Virus record (IMG/VR): IMGVR_UViG_3300019459_000030
Coordinates: 1-32,299 of that record
From: a virus
Lineage: Duplodnaviria > Caudoviricetes
Length of the DNA stretch: 32,299 nt
Direction: 5' to 3' (one strand)
Shown: positions 25,526 through 32,299 of the stretch, piece after piece
Layout of the letters: the number at the start of each line of letters is the position of its first letter
Position numbering within the stretch: position 1 is the first letter of the stretch
Made by a program: the position numbers and the translations under genes
Notes under the pieces: model-generated
What the model saw: the letters and a program-made list of their open reading frames with translations, nothing else
The model's database searches: none
Told to the model about the DNA's origin: nothing

Positions 25526-27664
25526 TTAAGTTGTTGTAAATTTCGGTGGTCCCGATCTAATAATATAATTTACTGTTAAGAACGGATTCATTACACCAAT
25601 TGGTTGACTAAATGCAACCGTACCGTCAACATCAATGCCGCCTGTGTTTGGTTGATAAACTGCACCGTTAGATGTAGTTGGTCCTAATCCAAAATCTGCA
25701 TCTCCAACTGCTGCTCCGCCAACTGCAACTGAAGCATACTGAATACTGTTTACAACAAATGTATGTTCGTGTTCTGGTAAATTGTTTTTATCTAGTGTAA
25801 CTGTACTTTGTCCACTAGTGCTACCTAATGTTTGTGCTGCTGTACCTTCAACTCTTGCTGGAGTAGGTTCACCGCCGCCATTATCAACAAATCCGCCAGT
25901 ACCATTAGGAACATCAATATTGTTGTCCATATTGTGTTTACCTAGTGCAAAACGTCCTCTTAAATCAGGCACTCTATATGTTCCTGCACCATTTAGTCCT
26001 GCTGTTCCGTTATATCTTGTTCCAATAATATCAAACAAGTCAGGAAACTTAGCTCTTTCAACTTCACCGCCATCACATAACAAATAACCGTATGGTACAT
26101 TGTTTCCTGCAAAAGGCATAATTGCTCCAACTGGAACACCTAAGTCACCTATAAATGTGTTTCTGCTTTGTCTTAAAAGACCTGTACTTGAACCTGTTTC
26201 TGATACTGCTCTATAAACTAATATCTCATCACGTATTTCTGAAACGTTAGGTGTAGGTTCATCTTTACCTTGAATAATATTTGATGTAAGTTCAGTTGTA
26301 AAAATTTTATTTGTTGCACCAACTTGTCCATCAAACTGTAATGTATCTGAAATTACGTCTCCTGCAAGTTGAAAACTTGTTACGTTTTTAAGGTTAGTTG
26401 CTGTGTTAGCATTACCTGTAATATTACCGTTAATAGTTCCTTCAATTTCGTCTGCAATAATTTTTTTAGCGTAAACATTACTCCAACGTTTTGTTAAACT
26501 ACCTAACAAATGCGTATCTGTAACTGCTGGTTCAATATTGTTTGTAAATGTATTGCCTGAAACTTGTAATGCATTTCCAACTAATAAGTTTTTACCTACT
26601 GCAATACCACCTGCTGTTACAATTGAACCTGTTTCTAAGTTAATTGTTTCTTGATCGTTTGTAACACTAATTGTACCTGTAATTTGTGCATTACCATCAA
26701 CATCTAATTCTTGATCTGGTGAAGCAACGTTAATACCAACTTTGTTATCTGCTACACGTAAAATTGTTGTTGGTACACCATTTCTGTTTGTTTGAATATC
26801 TACCGAACTACCTGACGCACTATTATAAATTTTAGCAGCAGTTGCTGAAGTATTAATATTAAAGTTGCCGTCAATACCAATTGTTAAACCACTATTGTTT
26901 CTAACATTGATACCAAAGTCTGTTGTGTTAACTTGATCTGATCTTAAAAATTTACCTGCTGCAATTTCTACTCCACCAATGTTAAGTGCATCAGCGTTTG
27001 CTGCTGTACCAACTAATCGAGGAAGGTTGCCGCCTAAAAAGATACTTGCAAATTCACTTGCTTCTTGATCGTTAGCAGGAGTACTAATATTAATACCTGC
27101 TTTAATATTATCAAAACCTGCAATAGCAATTTTAGGTGTAAATGAATCTTTAGATACAATAACGACCGGTATGTCGCCTAAGTATAATATCAATATACTT
27201 CTATCTGCGTTTGTACTGTCAGCAATAGTTTCAACTGCTGGTCCATATCTTAAACCGTCAATGGAACTTTCTTGTGGTCCTACAAGCAACCATCTTGTGC
27301 CTGTATAAATTCTTAACTGCTGATTAGTTGTGTCAACCCAAAGTTCACCAACTTTACTTGTCTCTACACTAGGTGCAACTGGTGACTTTTGAATGTTTGA
27401 CGCTGCTTTCCAGTTTGTATTATCCCATAACTGTAACACACCATTTGTAGTATCATACCAAAGTTGTCCTTCAGTTGGATTAACAGGTTGATTAGCACTT
27501 GCAAAATTTTCTAATAAGTTAAGAAAGTTTTCTGCAATAATTTGTCCGTAACCTGTTACATTACGTCCTGGGAAAGTTAAACTTGTATCTTGGCTTGAAG
27601 TGTTATCGAATACCGTGATAGGTGTTTTGTTTTCGCTATCTGTAAAATTTACAATATATGGCAT
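25526..27664 (-). CDS. short tail fibre-like protein with phage tail collar domain
   Basis: Shared anchor GRNVTGYGQIIAENFLNLLENFA; collar motif PVGAIMPFAG..PYGYLLCDG...FPDLFDIIG...VPDLRGRF; LPEHEH; terminal MNPFLTVNYII. Confidence 0.85.
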   Translation of the reverse strand: MPYIVNFTDSENKTPITVFDNTSSQDTSLTFPGRNVTGYGQIIAENFLNLLENFASANQPVNPTEGQLWYDTTNGVLQLWDNTNWKAASNIQKSPVAPSVETSKVGELWVDTTNQQLRIYTGTRWLLVGPQESSIDGLRYGPAVETIADSTNADRSILILYLGDIPVVIVSKDSFTPKIAIAGFDNIKAGINISTPANDQEASEFASIFLGGNLPRLVGTAANADALNIGGVEIAAGKFLRSDQVNTTDFGINVRNNSGLTIGIDGNFNINTSATAAKIYNSASGSSVDIQTNRNGVPTTILRVADNKVGINVASPDQELDVDGNAQITGTISVTNDQETINLETGSIVTAGGIAVGKNLLVGNALQVSGNTFTNNIEPAVTDTHLLGSLTKRWSNVYAKKIIADEIEGTINGNITGNANTATNLKNVTSFQLAGDVISDTLQFDGQVGATNKIFTTELTSNIIQGKDEPTPNVSEIRDEILVYRAVSETGSSTGLLRQSRNTFIGDLGVPVGAIMPFAGNNVPYGYLLCDGGEVERAKFPDLFDIIGTRYNGTAGLNGAGTYRVPDLRGRFALGKHNMDNNIDVPNGTGGFVDNGGGEPTPARVEGTAAQTLGSTSGQSTVTLDKNNLPEHEHTFVVNSIQYASVAVGGAAVGDADFGLGPTTSNGAVYQPNTGGIDVDGTVAFSQPIGVMNPFLTVNYIIRSGPPKFTTT

Positions 27665-27667
27665 CCG

Positions 27668-28330
27668 TTACACCTCCGTAAAGCCTGTTAAACTCTGTAC
27701 TCTAATTGTGTAATCAATTTGTAAGAGTCTGTTTAATGACTTTTGAATAGGGTGGAAAACAACGTGTGTAAGTAACTTGCCTGTTCCATTTGGATTATAC
27801 CATTTTAAACCTAACTCGTCAAATACAAAGTCGCCGTCCATATCTACGCTGTTATCAAATGCTTCTTGCTCATCTGGTTCGCCATAGTCAAGTAAACAAC
27901 TTACAATAATATCACTGTAAGTAGCACCACTAATGTGTCTAACTTCCATCTTGTTTCTAACTGGATCGCTGTTTGCAATCGCATTTTGATCAACAATTTT
28001 CACAAATGTTTGATTATAAAGACTTGAGTTTGTGCCAACTGTATTTGGTGTAAGGTATGTAATCAATCCTGTTGGATCAACTGTTGTACCACCACTACCG
28101 AAAGCCATTTCATAAATAGTACCTTGCCCTTGGTTAGATAAAGCATTAACCATTGCAATACTCATATTTTCGTAATGGATCGCATTCCTTTTATCTTCAA
28201 AAACTTCGCCAGTTTCTGGATCAAAAATCTTAATGTGACCTTCGAAGTTAAACCCACCTACTTCATTAGGGTTTTTAGGATCTTTTGTATTTTCCGTTTG
28301 TTTTGGCATATCAGTCTCTTCGTGTTTCAT
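27668..28330 (-). CDS. putative baseplate / fibre-attachment structural protein
   Basis: 220 aa with FDELGL...LLTHVVFHPIQKSLNR..IDYTIR; lies between the baseplate-like and fibre genes. TAAATA (28340-28335) sits 4 nt before ATG; alternative start at 28309. Confidence 0.6.
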   Translation of the reverse strand: MKHEETDMPKQTENTKDPKNPNEVGGFNFEGHIKIFDPETGEVFEDKRNAIHYENMSIAMVNALSNQGQGTIYEMAFGSGGTTVDPTGLITYLTPNTVGTNSSLYNQTFVKIVDQNAIANSDPVRNKMEVRHISGATYSDIIVSCLLDYGEPDEQEAFDNSVDMDGDFVFDELGLKWYNPNGTGKLLTHVVFHPIQKSLNRLLQIDYTIRVQSLTGFTEV

Positions 28331-28337
28331 AGTGTAT

Positions 28338-31300
28338 TTATTCAGGTAATCTCGTACTCTTCTCTGCTATGAAAGTACTAATTGGTGTAGTATTTTCAAG
28401 CAATGTAACGCCTGTAGTAGCGGTTGTAGCACCTCTATCGTACCAAGTATTACCAATCCTTTTTATAATGCTTATCCTTGTTCCTGCTGGTACAGGATTT
28501 GTTATTCGTATGTACTTAGTTGATCCGTCAACAGCAAACTCCGCTTCAAGAGTCTTATCTGCTTGTGGACTGTAAGAACCTAACGATTCGTCGTATATTT
28601 TTAGGCTAGTTTTACGTAAACGTGTGCCTCCGGCAAACACTTCTAAACTATCACATCTACCAAATTCTGTTGGAATAGTACCTGCAAACCAATTAGCATC
28701 TATTTCTTTAGCAGGAGTAAAGTCTAGAGGACCAATTAAGTTTGAACTGCCATCACTGACAAAGTCATATCTTACTTGTTCGTCTGCATATGAAATAGTA
28801 TTGTTTGTACCAGCATCAATTACAAGTGAATCTTTGTTGTGTACGTCTGCAATACCTGTTCCGTAAGCACCTCTACGTAATTGTTTCAGCACATTGCCAT
28901 CTTTAACCATATATTCAATTCTTTCATTGTTAATGATAACAACACCTGGAATATTTTTACTTACAATAGGATCTGATAATGCTGAAGCATCAGTAACTGT
29001 TATAGTCTTATCATAATATAATAAGTCTTTTGTAAGAATTACTTCTGCATCGGCAGCATATCTTGTGTACCTTGTGATATTAAGCATATCTTTATTAATT
29101 TCGTATGCGCTTGGTAACTTGTAAGTTCTATTACCAAATGCAACAATAGATACAATATCAGCATCTGTTGTATCATTCTTCAAATACAAACTTTGTCTGT
29201 CAATATCAATAGTATAATCTATATCACGCTTCAATCTAGTTCCGTTTAGGTATACCCAAACATAACTTATGTTAACAGGTTTGAATGGCAATCTAAATTT
29301 AACTTTGCCACCAGTATAATCATCACTTACCATAGACATTGAAGGATATTCACCAAACCAAGTTACAATAATTGAATCACCCGGTGTCAATGATACACTA
29401 TCTTTTATTCTAATATTATTGTTATCTAAGAAATATTCTGCTCTTAGATCATTTTCAATTTTAATTGTGTCCCCTACATTAAGTGCAGAAACATATGTAA
29501 GTTCTTTTTGTGTTGAACTGTATACCCAATCATCAATGTAAGTTGACTGTACGCCATTAATGTAAACTTTAACGTTTTGAGGTAGTACAGAACCTGCAGA
29601 TTCTAATGGATCATCACCAACTGTAAATTTGTTATTCACTCCATCGTATACAAAGTAAACTGTGTCTACGCCACGCAGTTTTTTATTGTTTAATTCAACA
29701 ATAGTACTTGACGCTGCACTTTCTCTATTCAACTGAACAAAATTATCAAGGTCATAACTTCTTGTGCTGCCATCGTGTATAATTTCTTGTTGGTTAACTC
29801 TTACAACACTAGATAAAGTGCTATCTAAATCTGTTGATGCACCTAGTGCAATAATCTTGATCACATCATTTTTGTTTGGCACTGTACCAAACTGTACCAA
29901 TGTTTTATCTGTGGTATCTACAACACCTGTACTTTCAATAAATCCTGCATCATACTGCACACCATTTACTGTTACATAAATGTTTGCTGTTCTATTAAAG
30001 TCTGCTTGTGTCAAGAACAATCCTGTTTCACCATCAGCAATAAACTGTTGGTAATCTAATATTTCTACACCGCCAATACCGAATGATAAAATTTCAATTG
30101 GTAAATCAATAGCAGGAGGTGATGTAAATTCAAGTGTATTTTCATTTATGTTGATTGCATAGTCACCTAAGTTTTGTTTTACACCATCTACATAAACAAT
30201 TACACTGTTTCTTTCTAAAACATTTTGTCCTATGTCATAAACAAGTGTGCTACCGTCACTAATACTAATCTTACTGCTTAGTGTTGCTGCTCCACTTCCT
30301 GTTTCTTGGAACACTTTAATACTTAGACTGTCTAGTACTTGTCCTGGAATATTCTCTTCTGGTGCAGGTACATTGTCAGGTGTAGTAAATGCGCTTCCGT
30401 CAATATTAATTTCTTCTGCGGCTGTGCCGGCAGCGGTAGCGTAAGCGCCGCTAACAGCGGACAGCGTTCCGCCCGATAGGTTTGTGTCAACCAGATTTGG
30501 ATCATTAATAGTTACAGAACCATCTGAACTTGAAGGACGGAAAATTAATATATCACCGTCATTAGTTTGTACATAATCCCCTATCTCAATAGTTTTAGTA
30601 CTGCCGTCTCCAATAAATGTTGGCATTTGAGCGTGTGGATTAGTTGCAACACTGCTATCCCAGTTATCATCATAGTTAGGATCGTCTATTCTATGTGTTG
30701 GTGGTTCAGCAACTGCTCCTGAATATTGTAAATTATCAATAGTTGGTAGGCGTTCGATACCTGCACGTTTCAAATAAATGTTTATTTGCTGTCCTTCAAT
30801 TGGTGCATACGGTAAAGTTACAAAGTTTGTACTGCCATCACACACAACATAATGATCTGCTGCTGCTTCAACACTGTCCCAACTGTCTGTAAACCAAGGA
30901 AGTGCGTCCCAACCACCTGTAACATCAAATGTTGTACCTTGTACAAGCACTCCGCCAAAGTCTATACCAGTCATTAACTGATGTAGTTCTTTACCTGCCA
31001 TACCTACACCTGGATTATAATATTTTTCTATTCTGTTAACACTATCTAAGATCTCATCGTTCTTAGCATATGTAATTTTTATAATACTTCCTTGTACAGG
31101 ATTCTCTTTAAATGTAATTCTGCAACGTAGTACATTTTCTAAATCAATTTTCTGTCTGTAAAGTGTAACAGCGTATTCGTTATCTAGTACAACTTGTCCG
31201 TCTTTTAGTATGTCAATATTGTTTTTGTTTACAGTTGCAGGATATAATAGTTCAAACACTGAACTTGCACCTGATGCTGTAAATGTTTGCACAAAATCAA

Positions 31301-32299
31301 AGTTTGAAAACTTGCCATCTTTAGACAATCTGTCAAATTTCACTGTAACATTGTTTGTTCTTACTTTGCCGTTACCTAAAATAGCAACTGCTTTTGCATC
31401 ATTGTTATTGCTACCATTACCACCTACAATAGTAATTGTTGGTGTAAGTGTATAACCACTGCCTTGTTCGTTAACAACAATACCACTTACTTTGCCATTA
31501 GAAACATATGCTGTTGCTTTTGCACCTGAACCATTTCCATCAATAAGAACACTTGGAATGCCAGTGTAACCTGCACCAGGATTACTAACTTGTATATCAG
31601 TAATACCAAATCCTTTGTTATCACGCCACTGTGTGTAAGGATATGTGTTTATAAGTTCATTGTTTTCGTCAACATTAATAATTTTACCTTCTTTAATGCT
31701 GTATACCGGAGGCAAATCAAAGTCTGTAGTTGAAGTGTAACTTGTTTCTAATTGATTATACTTACTTACAAACTCTTTTACTGTTGTTCTGTAAGGTTTA
31801 ATTTCATTAATATAATCTAAGTAAGCAGTTAGACTGTCATTTTTATATGTAGGTGTTGTTTTAAATGCGCCAACATTGTGTACAGCATTTATAAAACTTG
31901 TTTTGAATGCCCAGTCAACATAAGTCTGTTCGTTGAATACATATCTTATGCTTGTAAAGAATAGTTTGTTCCATTCTGCTGCATAATCTCCTACAAATAC
32001 TTCTTCTTTAATTGCTGTAAGAATATTTCTTAATTCAATTGCAACTTCTTTGTCATATAATCCTGCATCAAAACTATCAACAATATCAAAGCCAATACCA
32101 CTTGTTCTTGTATTCCATAGTGTGTCTAAAAGTTCAATAGTTCCTCTTTCTCTACCAACTAAAACATAGTTTGAAAGCAGTATACCATTAGGTTCACCTT
32201 CTTGTCTTTCAAACACAGCCCAACCGCCGGCACCATATTCACTTATTCTTAACAAGTCGCCTTGCTGAAGGTCTACTGTTGGTTCTTGATACACACTTA
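28338..32299 (-). CDS. very large virion (baseplate wedge-like) protein, 5'-truncated
   Basis: Frame is open to the window end; more than 1318 aa. Two G.GYT..P.V/I motifs and many DG.T..[FY] / V.V.G....DY beta-rich repeats. Confidence 0.7.
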   Translation of the reverse strand, partial: SVYQEPTVDLQQGDLLRISEYGAGGWAVFERQEGEPNGILLSNYVLVGRERGTIELLDTLWNTRTSGIGFDIVDSFDAGLYDKEVAIELRNILTAIKEEVFVGDYAAEWNKLFFTSIRYVFNEQTYVDWAFKTSFINAVHNVGAFKTTPTYKNDSLTAYLDYINEIKPYRTTVKEFVSKYNQLETSYTSTTDFDLPPVYSIKEGKIINVDENNELINTYPYTQWRDNKGFGITDIQVSNPGAGYTGIPSVLIDGNGSGAKATAYVSNGKVSGIVVNEQGSGYTLTPTITIVGGNGSNNNDAKAVAILGNGKVRTNNVTVKFDRLSKDGKFSNFDFVQTFTASGASSVFELLYPATVNKNNIDILKDGQVVLDNEYAVTLYRQKIDLENVLRCRITFKENPVQGSIIKITYAKNDEILDSVNRIEKYYNPGVGMAGKELHQLMTGIDFGGVLVQGTTFDVTGGWDALPWFTDSWDSVEAAADHYVVCDGSTNFVTLPYAPIEGQQINIYLKRAGIERLPTIDNLQYSGAVAEPPTHRIDDPNYDDNWDSSVATNPHAQMPTFIGDGSTKTIEIGDYVQTNDGDILIFRPSSSDGSVTINDPNLVDTNLSGGTLSAVSGAYATAAGTAAEEINIDGSAFTTPDNVPAPEENIPGQVLDSLSIKVFQETGSGAATLSSKISISDGSTLVYDIGQNVLERNSVIVYVDGVKQNLGDYAININENTLEFTSPPAIDLPIEILSFGIGGVEILDYQQFIADGETGLFLTQADFNRTANIYVTVNGVQYDAGFIESTGVVDTTDKTLVQFGTVPNKNDVIKIIALGASTDLDSTLSSVVRVNQQEIIHDGSTRSYDLDNFVQLNRESAASSTIVELNNKKLRGVDTVYFVYDGVNNKFTVGDDPLESAGSVLPQNVKVYINGVQSTYIDDWVYSSTQKELTYVSALNVGDTIKIENDLRAEYFLDNNNIRIKDSVSLTPGDSIIVTWFGEYPSMSMVSDDYTGGKVKFRLPFKPVNISYVWVYLNGTRLKRDIDYTIDIDRQSLYLKNDTTDADIVSIVAFGNRTYKLPSAYEINKDMLNITRYTRYAADAEVILTKDLLYYDKTITVTDASALSDPIVSKNIPGVVIINNERIEYMVKDGNVLKQLRRGAYGTGIADVHNKDSLVIDAGTNNTISYADEQVRYDFVSDGSSNLIGPLDFTPAKEIDANWFAGTIPTEFGRCDSLEVFAGGTRLRKTSLKIYDESLGSYSPQADKTLEAEFAVDGSTKYIRITNPVPAGTRISIIKRIGNTWYDRGATTATTGVTLLENTTPISTFIAEKSTRLPE

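Noticed and set aside
19190-27664. Diversity-generating retroelement or invertase-based tail-fibre switching
   Set aside because: No reverse transcriptase or recombinase in the window, and I saw no near-identical DNA repeat pairs (TR/VR) or inverted cassettes; similarity is at the protein level only.
49-31455. Numerous 60-116 aa opposite-strand or alternative-frame ORFs in the ORF track (e.g. 1026..1286, 7916..8227, 20391..20741, 23044..23391, 24643..24975)
   Set aside because: They lie wholly or almost wholly inside long, motif-bearing genes and show no recognisable motifs; they are shadow ORFs expected from codon bias.
1-32299. Stop-codon reassignment, introns or inteins
   Set aside because: Standard code 11 gives dense, abutting full-length ORFs using TAA, TAG and TGA stops; no split genes, homing endonuclease or intein motifs were seen.

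Overview
AT-rich fragment of a large lytic tailed phage, most likely a T4-superfamily or jumbo-type myovirus. This assignment is inferred from gene content and a recurring TAAATA late-promoter-like motif. Two convergent blocks meet at about 4.57 kb. The plus strand (1-4583) carries the 3' end of queE, a T4 RNase H/FEN-type 5'-3' exonuclease and several small hypothetical genes. The minus strand (32299 down to 4567) carries a virion module: a large repetitive baseplate-like protein, four tail-fibre-like paralogs sharing an N-terminal anchor, a fibre chaperone and two further paralogous structural proteins. This runs directly into a 12.5-kb, 13-gene cluster of apparently soluble glycan enzymes: 2 GT8-like, 2 GT2-like, 2 radical SAM with an N-terminal Twitch/SPASM-like domain, 2 SGNH-like, 2 GT10-like, 2 hypothetical, and a UDP-glucose/GDP-mannose dehydrogenase-family enzyme with a non-canonical active-site loop. 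The best candidate for an undescribed system is this late-expressed glycan assembly and tailoring line, probably decorating the virion. Also notable are hairpins that overlap late promoters and sequester translation starts, and a structured leader with a 10-codon uORF upstream of the dehydrogenase. All family calls come from motif recognition by eye; no database searches were run.
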